Source of the DNA: Takakia lepidozioides
Taxonomy: Eukaryota > Plantae > Bryophyta
Length of the DNA stretch: 64,000 nucleotides
NCBI GenBank assembly: GCA_030704615.1
Contig: CM060733.1
Coordinates: forward strand, 56,296,001-56,360,000
Direction of reading: 5' to 3'
Part shown: in pieces, positions 13,570 to 27,200 of the stretch
Layout: every line of letters starts with the position of its first letter
Position numbering within the stretch: position 1 is the stretch's first letter
Notes under the pieces: generated by a model
The model's input: the letters and a program-made list of their open reading frames with translations, nothing else
Told to the model about the DNA's origin: nothing
Databases searched by the model: none
Made by a program: the position numbers and the translations under genes

Positions 13570-14218
13570 CATGCTTTTTTCTTGACCTAGGGAGATGGGA
13601 TTGTAGTTTTTTTATCTCTTTGGTTTTCTAACCAGTGATACAAACTACAAAGAAGAGGGAGAGCTTTTATGAGATTGGGTCTGGTATGCACTCCCTTACG
13701 GGGTGAGTGCATACCACACTCATCCCATAAGGGAATGCCATACCAGGGGCAGGCTGGTGGGATCCCTCTCTCTCCCTCTCTCTCTCTCCCTCTGTACAAG
13801 GAATTTGCTTATACTTTTTCCAAAACCCAGGACGGCTTGGACTAATTTTGTCTAAACCTTTTTTAATCCACAATGGATGTAATCATGAAAATGGAGGAAT
13901 TCCATTAAAGCAATTTCTCTGATTACTGGGTTCTTTGGATGAGTTTGGTCATTTAAACTAAACCCTAATGAAAGCCAGACTCTACTTTTGGATGCCATCA
14001 CTATTGGATGACATCATGATGGAATCAGGGAAATACTTTACATTATCTGTTTTTCATCTATTCTGGATGAAATCGCGAAGGTTTGCCCTATCTCTTCCTC
14101 CGCCCTTAAACTCTGCACGATACTCGTGCGTTTTGATTATGATGGAGCTGAGAGATGGTGTCAGAGGGATCATTTAAGCAAAAATCTTGTGAATTTGATG
14201 GCTATGGAGAAGCTTTAT

Positions 14219-15395
14219 GACAGCCTGCAAGTGCTCTGGCAAGATTCCAGTACTTTTCAATTCCCCTTGGGGTATACAAAGGCGGCTGAGCTTCAATTCC
14301 CTCAATGAGGTTGTCTCTTCCTTTGGCGGGCAACTTACTTTAAGCTGTGACTGCTTGTCAATGATCATTAAGATCCAGCGCCGCTCTTAAACCATCAGGA
14401 AGTCCCTTCACCTGATAAAATGCTCGTAGATTTCAGCAAACCATTGCTTGTTTGTGCTGTCGATTATCGAGTTCTTGGAGCTATGTCGAATCCTCTTCCA
14501 CAAACACTTAAGGTTGTGGAATATCTTTGCTTTGCTTTTGATCTCTTCTTGCTTTCTGAACGCATATTGTACAGCGATAACAAGCGTGAGGCCTGATATT
14601 CACCTGGGGTTCCACATCTTCACTAACTTAATTGTTTTTTGACTGCATGTGATGGGACCAGGTGAGGGCCCTCACTTAATATGATTCATGAAGCTTGCAA
14701 TTGATTGAAAACTAGCAAGCTGAAGTGAAGTCGACTCAAGCTGTTTCTTCAGGGAGCTGATTCGAATCTGCCCCCATTTCTTGATCTTTCTGGCTATGCT
14801 TCCAACTCTTCCTGTTGAGCATTAATACATTAGATGAGCTTTATTAGAACACATACTTTCTATTAAAGACTATTGCTTTTGATTTCTGCTACACTACGTG
14901 ATGGTGCTGGATTTGCTGTTTTACAGCACAACATGAGCTTTTTATTTCGGTTTATAATACTGGTATGATGTTGTGGCTTGAATGATATCAAGCAGCTAAG
15001 TAAGAGGACATAGGGAACCACAATCTTTTGTTTTTAGGCCATGTATGCTGCCTGATGCAGACCATCTGGGTTCCTGTCCTTCTCTACTTGTTTGTGACCT
15101 TGCAAGTACCCTGCTGGAGCAGATACAGATTGCCCCAAGACCTAAAATGGGCTCTGGGATAGATTGGCTTTACTACTAAGGCATATACCATGACATATTT
15201 TTTCTGGATTTCTATATAGTCTGTGATTATCAGTAATCACTTACTGCTCAATCCATTTATACACTGGCCCCAGATTGAAACTAGGTCTTGGGACAAAAAA
15301 CAAGATGTGTGGACATCCCCTTCATGTGTAAATAGTTTAGAAGCTGTTTACTGCTCTAATCTGACCATTATCGCTATATGAAAACTGGAACTTCT
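14219..15395 (+). repeat. Direct repeat copy 2 (~1.18 kb), pseudo-LTR-like
   Basis: Near-identical to 8087-9272. Confidence 0.92.
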
Positions 15396-17560
15396 TCTCC
15401 AGGGGGGAAAAAAAGGTGTTGGGGGGGGGGGGGGGGGGGTGACTGAGTAGCAGCAGCTGCTCAGTCACTCCCCCACCCACCCCCCCCTTTTGTTTTTGTT
15501 TTTTCCCCTTGACAGTCCCTCTCTCTCCCTCTTTTCCCGCATCTCTCCCTCTGTCCCATCAGGATGTGGAGAGAGAGGGAGAGAGGGAGTGATGACGGAA
15601 AAAACAAAAAAAAAATAGGTGGAGGGGGGGGGAGTGACTGAGCAGCAGCAGCTCAGTCACCCCCCCCCATTTTTTTTTTCTTTCCCTCATCTCTCCCTCT
15701 CTCCCTCTGTCTCCCTCTCTACTGGGAATTGGCAATTTGCTATCAGTGTGGATTTTTTGTTTTCTCATCCTCTATCAGACTTTTTCATCCATACCGGATG
15801 AGCCACCAGGATAGACACTGAATTACCTCTAGGATGGTTCTTTTGGCCTTTTCATTCCTCCTCTATTGACTCTCATCCATACCGAATGAGTCACCATGGA
15901 AGAAAAGAATTAGCTCTATGGAGGTTGCCAACAGCATCCTGTTTTTCCATCCGTACCGGATGAAAAACTACCAGGGTGATAATTTTTCATTCCTCTTTTA
16001 TTGACTCTTTTTATCCATACCGGATGGTCTGGTAAGGAATGATAGAATTACCTAGATGGAGGTAAGGCGCTGCCATGGATGATATTCCCTACTTTTTCAT
16101 CCTGACACAAGTGATCTGTCTATGGATGATGTGATTATGACCTGGAAGTGATCTTTACTACCCCTAATTATGATTAATTACGGTGGAAACCCTAACCCCT
16201 ACCCCAAAACCTATTTTTAACCTTGCAACGGATGAAATCCATCAGGGTATATGGATTCGTCCTACTGTTTTTCATCCACGGATGAATAATCGGGGGACAA
16301 CCCTATGTCGTCTCTCCCGCTGTCAGAAGCACGCGATGTGCTTCTGGGCTCACGAGGAGAGTGTTATGGCGGGCGTGCTTTGGTGGCTGCCCCGTTTGTG
16401 GTGTCGTACCCATGCTGGACGAGCGCCTGGGGGGGCGCGAAGGCAGCGCCTTGTCTCTCTTGCAGCGGGAAACACCGCTATGAAAGCAGTGGCATTTTCC
16501 CTCCTCTGGCTTTTTCTGTGCTTAGCACGGATGCTTATGATGGGAAGTTCTCTCCCTCCTTTCTAGTGCCTTGCGATTGTGCCTGCTTTGCTTCATTGCT
16601 TATGTGCTTTGTGGAGGCAGCTTGCTGCGGGTGGTGATGGCACATAACCCTCTTCCCCAATCGCTTCAGGTGCCTTTGGAGTTTAGGGATTCTCATGTTC
16701 TTATCTCTTTCTCTTGCTTTTGAGTTTCTTAGTTGACATCGATGACAAGTGTGAGGGTCTGTGATTCACCTGGGGTTCCACAATCCTCACTAACCTGTTG
16801 GTTTTTGTGGGGGTTTGTGGATCCTCACCTACTTTGAAGTTTCTTGAGCATGCAGATTGGGATATGGGCTGAGGAGACCTAGGGATGGAGCTAAGAGATG
16901 GTGTCAGAGGGATCATTTAAGCACAAATCTTGTGAATTTGATGGCTATGGAGAAGCTTTATCACCCACCCGCCCGATAGAGGGAGAGGAAAGAGGGTCAG
17001 GAGGGTCAGGCCTTGTTGGTTTTTGGCATGTGAAATCACACGGTAGTAGTGTTGTGGGCGCAGGGATAAGCTGGTAGTATGGCGAAGGACAAGGAGAAGG
17101 GGCCGCCGAAGGACAAGGAGAAGGCGCCAGCAAAGGACAAAGAGAAGGCGCCGCCGAAGGAGCAGAAATCACCTGCCGCTAAGGTAGGGAAGCTTGACAA
17201 CGCTCCCGTCATGACGGCCGTGTGACACGGTCCACTTGGACCAAACTCACCAGCCCTATAGGCGGCTATGTGAGAGGACCAAGCCGTAAGGCCGTCGAGG
17301 CCTCCACGCCCTCGAAGGTTGAGGCTGGGGATGAGCCTCCACTTGAGGGTGGTGCACCCAATGTTCAGGCTGGGACGCCACCCACGGGCTGATGGAGGGC
17401 CCTGACTTTTACGGGGAAATGCATTCTCAGACCTGCCGCCAAGTATGGGCAACTTGATCTTAGCCCCACTGCCAATGCCTTTTCCCCTTCTTCTGTAGCC
17501 AAGAGGGCTTATAAGGGGGGGGGGGGGGGGGGCTCAGAAGGGGGTGGGTTCCTCCTCACC

Positions 17561-18976
17561 TTGGGAGAAGAGGGAGGCTTCAAAGGAGGCCGCAATGAGG
17601 TGGAAGGAGGAGAAAGGAAGAGGGAGGAAGACAAGAAGAGGGAAGAGGGAAATAAGGGGGCACGGGAAAGGGAGGGGGAAGAGGAGAGGTTGGCACTGGC
17701 TATGGAGGGCCCCTTGCAAAGTCCGTCGCTTGAACGGTCAATGAAGAAGACCCTGGACTTTGGGGCGCCGTCTGCGAGCCTATTGGGTGCATGGGATAGG
17801 CTTCCACCCTTATTCCGCGAGGGCGTTATGGGGGGTGCATCACAAGCGGGGACCGAGGGCAACATTGAGGTCATGGACGCAAAGGTGAGCCTCTTTCCTT
17901 CACCTTTTTTTCTTTCCTTTGCCTTTCATTTTGTTTCTGGTTTGTTTCTACTTTTGTGGGTTTGGTGTTCAGGAGCTTGGCGCATTCGTGGCTAAGCTTG
18001 TGGCAAGCAGTGGGATTGCCATCGACAAAGCAGGGACAGTGGTGGTGCCTACCCGTGGGGACGGTAAGAGGAAGAGGAAAAGACGTCGTGTCCTCGAGGT
18101 TCCCCTAATCATCGAGGAGGGTAGGGAAGTAGTGGAGGGGAAGGGGAAAGGACAGGCCCAAGAGAGGGAGCGTAAGAGAAAGAGGCGTAGAAGGAGAGAG
18201 GTGTAGCCAGGGGAGGGCACTAGTGGGGGAACAAAAGACAAGGGGGAGCTAGTTCAGATGAGTGTGCAGCCGCTGGAGGGCATTAGCGGGGCAACAAAAG
18301 ACAAGGGAGAGGTAGTTCAGAAGAGCGTGGACGAGGTAAAGACCTCGGGTCCCCACAATCTTGATTTGCCAAAGATGAAGGTGCCCCCCTTAGAGACCAA
18401 TAAGGTCGGTGACCCCATTGGTGAGTATTGGGAGGCCATGAAAAAAGTAGCCTTCGACTTGGCGGCGAGGTGGTTCCCTTGGCATATTGATTGGCCACGC
18501 CAATCACATCGCCATAGGCGAGCATTCATGCAAGCACTTGAGGGCACATTTCCGGGTGAGTGGAATGAGGGGAAGCTCTTGGAGCTGGTGGGAAAGAACC
18601 TCAAGGACAAGAGGTACCGTGCGCGACAAACCATTCGCAAGGCACTCAAGGCGGGGGTCGAACCAACGACCATGCCACATGGAATAACCAAGGTAAGACG
18701 CACTTCAGTTGTCATTGGTGTCTTTGAATGCATGTTCATTGCGGTATGGAGTTCATTAACATTTATAGTGTCTTTGTTGGGGCTAGACAGGAATCTTGGG
18801 AGGCTCTCATCGCATGGGAGAGGGAAGACCTGAAGGCGGAGATCTTCGCAAGGGGCGTGTGCGGCAACTGCAGCCCGCTCGAGAAGTGTGCGGAATCAAC
18901 ACACAAGTGGGGCCCGCGGAAGCAAGAGTTTTGTCACCCGATTCGTAAGTGTTCTTTCTCTGTCATACCTTCTTAG
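17561..18976 (+). pseudogene. CACTA TnpA/ORF2-like multi-exon gene remnant
   Basis: ...WHIDWPRQ...GKNLKDKRYRARQ...MPHGITK|ESWEALIAW resembles the Ptta/En-Spm TnpA region; GT-AG introns at about 18692-18789. Confidence 0.5.
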
Positions 18977-19679
18977 CTTCTTCGTTTTTAGCTTCTCCCT
19001 TTCATTATGAATTCTGACCTGTCATTGCATTTGTATGACATGTGCAGAAAAAAAAAGTTTGAGAGGCCTCCCTCCACCATCGAGCACAACTTTTGCAAGA
19101 CTCAGGGGTGGAAGGCCCTTGTAGCCTCAATGGCCAAGACACCACAATTGACGGAGGATAGTGCATCTGTAGGGGTGGGGATGGGTATTTCAGTGGTTCG
19201 GCCGGATGGGGGAGAGCTAGTAGTAGGGGGGTGGTTCGAAGGATATGTAATCTCGGACTCGGCTTCATCATCCTCCAAATTGGAGGCCAGCGTAGCTTGC
19301 ATTCCTCGGAGAAGTACACCTATGACTCATTCTGGGAATGGGCGACGTCCTTGGGACTGCCCCATGACGCAGGGGAAGGGATGGACCCCCCCTCCCTGCC
19401 CTTTGTTGCGACTCCTGGGAGTCGCCATATTGCGACGCCCCAGAGGGGCGGCGTCTTTTGGCCGTCGCTGGTTGTGGCTAGGTGGACCCGGGGGATTAGC
19501 GATTCCCTTAGGTTGCTAATCTGCGACATTCCGAGAGCGACATGGGAGCGACGTCCCGACGTCGCAATTTGTCCCCGGCACACCCCGGGCGCTGTAGTGT
19601 ATTTTCGTCGCTAGGCGCGGCGTTTGGAGGTCGCTGAGGCATCGCTATACCCCCCCCCCCCCCAAACGTAGTAGGGCTC

Positions 19680-21599
19680 CAATTCCTCCTGCAACTTGAG
19701 GTTGGCCTCCACATCCACCTTGTTACTCGGTGGCAATTCTAGCCTCAAACTTCTGCTTGGGTTCCTCCCTTAAAGCTGCCAATTGTGTAGATGGAACATG
19801 GGATTTCACATAAGTGCCCAACAAATTGAGTGTCCTGCTTATGGAGCTCATAAGCATGGCCTGCTGTGGGTCTTCATGGTGAACTTGCTGCTGTTCTCCC
19901 TAATCCTCCACAGTTTGATGTTTCACGAACCATTCAGGCCATGATCCCACAAGATCCTGCTCCTGAGCCACCTGATCCTCCACAGGTGCTACAGTGCCCT
20001 GACAGTCTACTCCGCCATAGGTTCGGGTATCACATGCACAACATGGACTTGGTTGGACAAACTCTGCATCTTGGGTACCACTGGTTCCCTCACCAAGCCA
20101 GAGTTTTCATAGAGAAGGTCACCCTTCTCAATTTCTGCCACTACTTGCTCTGTAGTGGGAATGTCCAACCCTTCTCCTTCCACAACAATAGGCTCTGGTG
20201 TAACAGCATGGACTAACTGAGTGACCCCCGGGACAATTGAGTCAACTGGCTATGGTGACTGTGGTACTGAGGTGACTTCTTCCTCCCTCTCCAAAGGCCT
20301 TGCTTCCAGCAATAACAGCCCCCTGTGCTGCCGTTCCTCATCCTGCACAAGTGCTATGGAAACATCATCTTGTGGTTTCTTTGAAGCTAGTGGATCTGCC
20401 ACAGTCGTATCCCGCTTCTGCCTCTTGGACCGGTGCTGCCCCTCCAATCCACCTTCACCATGTGAAGAGCCCTACTCCTCAATTGCAGTGGTTGCAATCT
20501 CAAACACTCCCATCTCATTGCGTTCTCACGCATCAGGTATGCAAGAATCAAGGATAATTTGCGCAATTATTGGGCCAGACACTATGATCGGAGACTTAGC
20601 AACAGTGCCCTGTAACCGCTTCATCTCTTCCACTAGACCATTGTACATCAACTCCGCCCAAGCTACATCCTCTCCCCTCAAAGCTTTCAGTATCTCCTCC
20701 GTGAATGATCTGCTCAAGTACTGTTGGTTCTGTTTCATGGCAAACTGGACGTTCAATATTTGGCCAACTTCTCTTAGCCCTGGGTACGCCTTGGTGCAGG
20801 TGTATCCTTGAGTCTTAAAGAAACTCCCTTCTTGGAACAAATTCCCTATCTGCAATCTTGCCCTGTGCTCATCCACATCCACATGACCCGATGGCAAATC
20901 GAACAATTGCTGCAAGTACTGGGGAGTAATTTCTATATCTACTCCCCTCACCTGGGTAACTCCTGTCCTAGGCTCAAAGTTCTGAATAAATTGAATCATA
21001 TACTTCCGATGATGCAAGGACCAGTCCTTGCGTAGCAGCCCTTCCAATCGCAACTCCTTCAGCAGCTGCACTGCCTGCGGTGTAGCAATTGTTTGCTTCT
21101 GCAGAATCGTGGTGCTCTTCACCCTGATATCCTCCATTCCCCTGACTCTCTTCATCCCAGAAAAACAAGAAGGCATTGTTTGAAACAGTTGTAGGAAAGC
21201 TTGCAGGGCATAGAGCATAAAAGTATGGTTGGCACAGAAAGGAACGGGTAAGTGCGTGTAAGCCTGTGGGGCTTGCAAATAGTGGGTGAGAGAGAACGTT
21301 CTTTCAATCCGTCCGTCCTTGCGCCACTGCGTGAGAAGTAAAGCTAAGGTGTAGTCTGTAATATCCGCCATAGCTACAAAGCTATAGCTTTGATTGCCCC
21401 TTCCTTCAAGACGCTCGTTATTCGGAGCCACCCCGACTCTTCCGCTCATAACTCTTCTAATTTCTTGTTCCTTTTTCTTGGAGGGAACCACCTGCATGAA
21501 ATTCTTGCTCCTGATTGGCTGTTGCCTCCTTGGGTAACTCCTCAATTTTATCCCCCTCAGTGGACATTCCCACCTGGAATGTCCACTAGGACATAACAT
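19680..21599 (-). pseudogene. Element A 3' accessory ORF 1, proximal part (plant-retrotransposon accessory domain plus coiled coil)
   Basis: ORF 20526-21599 (LRLEGLL...FIQNF...VRGVDIEITP..LQQLFDLP...VAWAELMY) lies downstream of integrase on the same strand; continues via 20250-20447. Confidence 0.55.
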
Positions 21600-22098
21600 G
21601 TGGCAAAAGTCCCCCTTTGCTGTACATGTAAAGGGTTCCGTTACCTTTGCCCTGAATGCATTAATGGGCCCACAATTAGTTTTGGTTGATGTACCGGGTA
21701 GGTACTTTGACGGCCCAATTTGTCCCCTTGCATGATGACACCCACTTTTGCAATATATGCACCGCGGTGTGCTTCACCCTAGTGGCCATGTGTTCGATTC
21801 TAAACATGCTCCCGTCTTTCCCTGTCCGCGTGGCACATTCTCCGCGTTTGACTTCCATACTGTCCTTTCACTTGCCGGCCACTTTTCTGACGTTAACCCG
21901 CGTCCACCTGTCACTGACCCTATGGACTGTGCAACCCGCGTAGGCTGTGTTGGGCTGTGACAGGCTGTGTCAAACTGTGGTGAGCTGTGATAGGCTGTGT
22001 GTGCTGTGATGGGTTGTGATGACTTTGTGAACACCCGTGTTCTACGCTCAGGCCATACACATTCGGCTTTACGACAAGTGCCTCTTGCTCCGTTGGTA

Positions 22099-23700
22099 TT
22101 ACCGGTGTAACTTATTGGCATTAACTCTTCCGAGCATCTCTTTGTTAATGGTTTGTAACATGGTTATGTTATTATCATACATCTTCTGTATGACATAAGG
22201 TCCTTTCCATGGTGACTTAAGCTTTGAAGCTTTAATCTTTCCCTTCTTCTGTAACCACAGAACCAAATCACCCGTCTTGAAAGTTTTCAGTTTACCTTCA
22301 TCAAATTGATCCTTCCTCTTCATCTGAATTCTGGTCATGTTATCTGCTGCATCAACACGTACTTCTTCCACATGATATAATTCATGTTTCCTGACTTTAA
22401 TTGAATCCTCCAATTCCATTCTCCTTCCCCATTCAGTTCTCATGGTAGGTAACAAGAATTCCACTGGAAGTAAAGCTTCCATACCATAAACTAATTGGAA
22501 TGGTGTATACTCAGTGGTGACTTAATATGAAGTCCTGTATGACCACAAAACTGTCAGCAGCTTTGTATCCCAATCCGTTCTGTTTGCATTGACTATCTTA
22601 GCCAAAATAGTGCATAGTATTTTGTTGGTGGCCTCTGCCTGCCCATTATCCTGTGGGTAATAGGTTGTACTCTTCATGTGCACAATCATGAACTCTTTAG
22701 TCAATAGTTCTATGGTCTCATTAATGAAGTGACTTCCCTGGTCACTGATAAATTCCAGGGGACAGCTAAATCTTGTAAGTATGTTCTCATACAGAAACCT
22801 TGCTGTGGACTTAGCTGTGTTGTCCCTCAGAGCTTTAGCTTCCACCCACTTTGTAGTATAATCAGTGGCTGTGATTATATACTTGTTCTGTGTATTTCTG
22901 GCTAGTGGGTTTATTGGTCCAACAAAGTCGAGTCCCCATTTCTGAAATGGTTCAGTAGGCATCGTCGGATGCAAAAGCCATCTTCCCAGATCTTTGCAAA
23001 GGTCCTAGCCTTTGACATTCATCACAACTCTTGCAATACTTGTGCACATCCTTGAACAGAGTAGGCCACCAGTAACCTGCAAGTAGTATTTTTCTGCTGG
23101 TAGTCTCCTCTCCAAAATGACCTCCAGCCACTCCTTTATTAACTTCTTCCAAAACTTTATTTACTTCATGGTGGTACAAGCATCGTTTAGGAACTCCATC
23201 AGGTCCTAGCTTATACAATCTGCCACCTATCATAGTGTAGGATAAAGCCTTGATAGCTATTCTCTTCCTCTGTTCCTTCCCATAACTGGGTGGGCACTGA
23301 CCATGAGTAAGGTAGTATCTAATTGGCCACTGCCAGTCTAACCAATCATCTGCACTTCCTTGCACCTCCACTGCAAATAGACTCGCATCAGGTAGTTGGT
23401 CGTCTACCCCCGTGGCGGGCTCTCCTGTTGATAGGCGTAACAAATGATCTGCCACAAGATGCAAACGGCCAGGCTTGTAAACAACTTTGAATTCAAACTC
23501 GTGCAAGATTATTAACCATCTTGCTATCTTGCCACTTATCAAAGGCTTGTTCACCAGATAAATCAAAGCCTGATGATCCACATAAAACATAAACTTCCTT
23601 TCCAATAGGTAATGCCTGAATTTCTTGATTGCATAAATCATTGCCAATGCTTCTCTTTCAGTGGTGCTATAGTTCATTTCAGCACTGTTCAACAACCTGC
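22099..23700 (-). pseudogene. Element A RNase H C-terminal part and DDE integrase (frameshifts and stops)
   Basis: NYSTTEREALA...DHQAL; GGHFG...CDECQ zinc finger; DFVGP, SDQGSHF, NGQAE; WKGPY (GPY/F) tail; no chromodomain. Confidence 0.93.
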
Positions 23701-24280
23701 CAACGACGCAATGGCGTGAGCGCGCGAGCGTACGCTCACGCAGGAGTGACGTGGCGTGAGCGTCATGTCAGCATGCTGATGTGGCGGTAAATGATGATGT
23801 AGCACTGTCCGTCATCTGCCACGTCAGCATTAACATGTGCCGCCTATAACCGTGGATGGTCCTATGACCGTGGAATTAATGCAGGGAATCTTGCCTAAAT
23901 AGAATCAAGACGAGCGTTGAGGCCTACAATTGCAGCATCCAACATTGTGCAATTACAAATGCTTGTTTCACTTTTACAATTACGAGGACGAAAAAATATC
24001 CTCACAAAGTGTGCGCCATAAAGGCTGCCATGGGAAGACCTTCCTCCCTCCTCAAATAACAATGAGAGTTAGGATCATCTTCAAAAGATGATTGTAGTGC
24101 ATAGCGACAGCAAGACATGTAGACTTCGAACGGTGCAATGACAAATGTGCACTACCTAAAAGTTGTCACTCAGAGCTCACTCCGTATAGTTGGAGGCCAT
24201 ATCATTGCACCGCCGACAAATTGATGTGAATTACACATTTCAAATCATGGTCGTCCACATACCACATTGCATAGTTGATG

Positions 24281-27200
24281 CTACCCATGTGTTGTATCCT
24301 GCTGCAAAAGAGTATCGACCTCGTTGAAACTCATAGTGGCCTGGTGAATAAAGTTGTCACGTTTGGGATCGCAAACCATCCTCTTCAAAAATATGAAATA
24401 CAAATGTTTGCAGGGTATGAATTTACCTCTCTTGCCCAAACTGGTTGATAGCATATTCACAAAATCAGGACATGTGCAATTGGGGAAATTGGAAACCGTG
24501 ATGTCGTAGGTCTTGTCATAAACAACAGATGTGGAAGTGATGATTGTGAATACCCGACCATATCCTGGATCGGGTACTTCCGTGGTGCTTCCAACACGAG
24601 CTTGGAGCATTCTTGCGGACTCCACTTTGCCAAAGTGTTCAGCGGTTGGAGGGAAACGCCGAACGAGCTTTCCATCTCGTTTGGTTGGCCACAAGTCAGG
24701 ATTTGCCGGGGGGACCCGGGAGGACGCAAAAGTAGTAGCACATGCATGGAGTTGGGGTTATCTTGCAAGGGAAAAACCTGCCTCCTCCAGCATTTCAATC
24801 TCCTGAAAGCTGAGATGTGTTCCCACCTTCACGGGCCAAACGGTTGGAGGAGATGGCTTCATCACTACGGAAGGACGCACAGTTCCATGCACACATCTGG
24901 CACAATCATCTGCGCAGAACTAGAACTTGTGGTTCTTGGCTTCTAGTTGACCGTATGGACGCATCAAGCCCGTGAAAGTCGGAGCAGGAGTTCGGGCACC
25001 ACCTCTGGATATAGATGAAGTGCACTTCTCGAAATTAGTTGCCCTGATCGCTGTACATTTCACACGAGACCCTACACTTGTGCGTTCTATGTGCCAAACG
25101 TGGTCGGGGCATGCGGACTCAAGCACATCAAGGGGGTTGTTTCTCTCCTACACCATTTCAGTGGCACTGTGTGATGCTGGAGCTTGCCGTCGTGTTGGAG
25201 GTTCCTCCACAATGGAGGTTCCGGACATGGAGCTGTCATGCAGGGGAACACGAGGCTTCGAGAAGTTATCACGGTCTGCCCTGTGGGAATCTGAATCCGA
25301 ACCAGGTGGAGTGTTCAATTTCCTCTTACAGGAGCCGAATCTCTCCTCCCCTTCAAGATGTGGAACTCTAGAAACAAGTGGCGTTCCCTGGGCATACATG
25401 CTCACCGCCCGTGCTATCTTGATTGGATCCCCAGATCTGTTTGCAGCACGCAACATCAACTCCCATTTGTCCGCACCCTTGCCACCAACCCCACCTCGTA
25501 AGAAATCACGGTATCGGGTTTGTTGTTGCAAGGCACGTATCAAATCATCTGTTGTTGCCACATACAAATCCCGACCTCGTTTCCCAGACTGCTGCAACCA
25601 TGCGTTGTGCACAGTTTCTGCCAAACTGCAAGATGACATGTCCGCCATTTCCTCAATGGACATGTTCTGCAAAGTGCAAAACCACACTTCAAAACAGTGA
25701 ACAGAAAACAACATAAAGAAAGCGAGGACACAATAAAATGGAAAGCAAATGTATGAAAAAGCAATAAATATAAGCCTTGTACCAATGGCATGGCTGCTCC
25801 CCACTGTCTATACCGGAAGTGCCAAAACGCCAGCCAATCTTCCAATGCTCTCATACTCTCAAGTGATGCAGCTCCAGAAGAGAACCACCAGGCACGAATT
25901 GTCTGGAACAAAGTGTCCGCCTCCTTCATTGTTCTAGCATCTTTGTACTCTTTGCACAATTTACGGTGCTGAGTCTGCATCTCTGGTTTGATGTCCGACT
26001 TTGTATGTTTTTCCAGAGATTGTGTCCAATGGAATAGACATGTACGCTCTCTTCCTCGCATTTGAACTTTTGGGTCGCCCGATCCGAAGACAATACGAAC
26101 AGCATTGAAATTTGCTTGAGCACTATCCGCCATGAAACCTGCAAAATTTGGAGATGGCAGCCCATGGCAGCCCATGACACGTATCAGGGAATTCCACATG
26201 AGCTTCTGGGATTCCGTATCCTCGGATTGCATGTCACAAACTGCAATTGTCATAACTCGTTGGTACACTGGATCGTAGACATGACAAGCCATTGTTGTCC
26301 AATCCTTCACTCGTTTCACATGATCAAACATAAGAAAACAGTTATGCAAGTCCCCAGTCTTCTGTATCCGCTTCACGAGGCTAACCCCACTGCCCTCCCC
26401 AACAGTCGACATTTTGAAAAGAAAAACTTTGATGGCACCTTGACTTGGGAATACATTGTCCTGGATGTAATCGTACTTGCTCACTCGTTTCAATTCCAAA
26501 ATATTGTCTATGTATCCTCTGATCCCAGAGCCCATTCTCAATGCATTGATCTGATGCCGAATGTTCGGTGAACTTAAAGTGGAGAAATGATCCATGACCA
26601 GGTCCAAGTTGCATCGTCAAGTTTAGTCCCCACATAATCCCCTTCACTCAAAATATGGCTTTCCAAGAAGGACTTGCTTGCGCCAAGAGCAATTGCAGAT
26701 GTTGTTGCGGATGGGTTTCTCCCGAACTCCTGTTTAATCAACCTCGATACTGTCTCAACACTCTCCTTGTAATCCCCCTTCGAGACAGGATGGTTATGGA
26801 ATCCGAAATGCACACAAGCTCTTGTCATTGTTTTCAAACGGTGGACAACATAGTACATTCTTGCTCCGCCGAGCGCCAAGCAGGATGGCACAAGTTTGCA
26901 GAATTTGCAGACGAAAGTGTTTGCCGGTGGAGGGGCAGTCCCAGGCTGAAATGGATTTTCCGCCAGACCCTCCCATTCGCTTTGATTATGAACCCCAGAC
27001 TGAAGAAAGTGTGTGCAATTCAAATTATCACACCTAAGGTGTCCATTGCAAACTGTCCTCCTAAAAACAAGCTTGTCATCATTCTGAATATTGGATGTTT
27101 TTGTTCTGCACCACGGGTGCCCGTCGTGTTTCATGTCCATTCCATGCATCATGATTGTTACACCTCCAACTCGCGGAGGAGGAGGCAGCTCGAATAGGAT

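Larger units (their letters stand above)
7041..15395 (+). mobile_element. Element F: Penelope-like retroelement (Naiad/Chlamys-like RT); boundaries approximate
   Basis: PLE-type RT flanked by direct and inverted terminal repeats; no TSD identified. Confidence 0.65.
4435..19676 (+). mobile_element. Element E: CACTA (En/Spm)-type DNA transposon, no TnpD transposase seen
   Basis: TIRs TACTACTACGTTTAGGGGGGG and (reverse complement) CCCTACTACGTTTGGGGGGG; 3-bp TSD CTC at 4432-4434 and 19677-19679; GCGACG/CGTCGC-rich subterminal repeats at both ends; removal restores the host frame. Confidence 0.85.
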
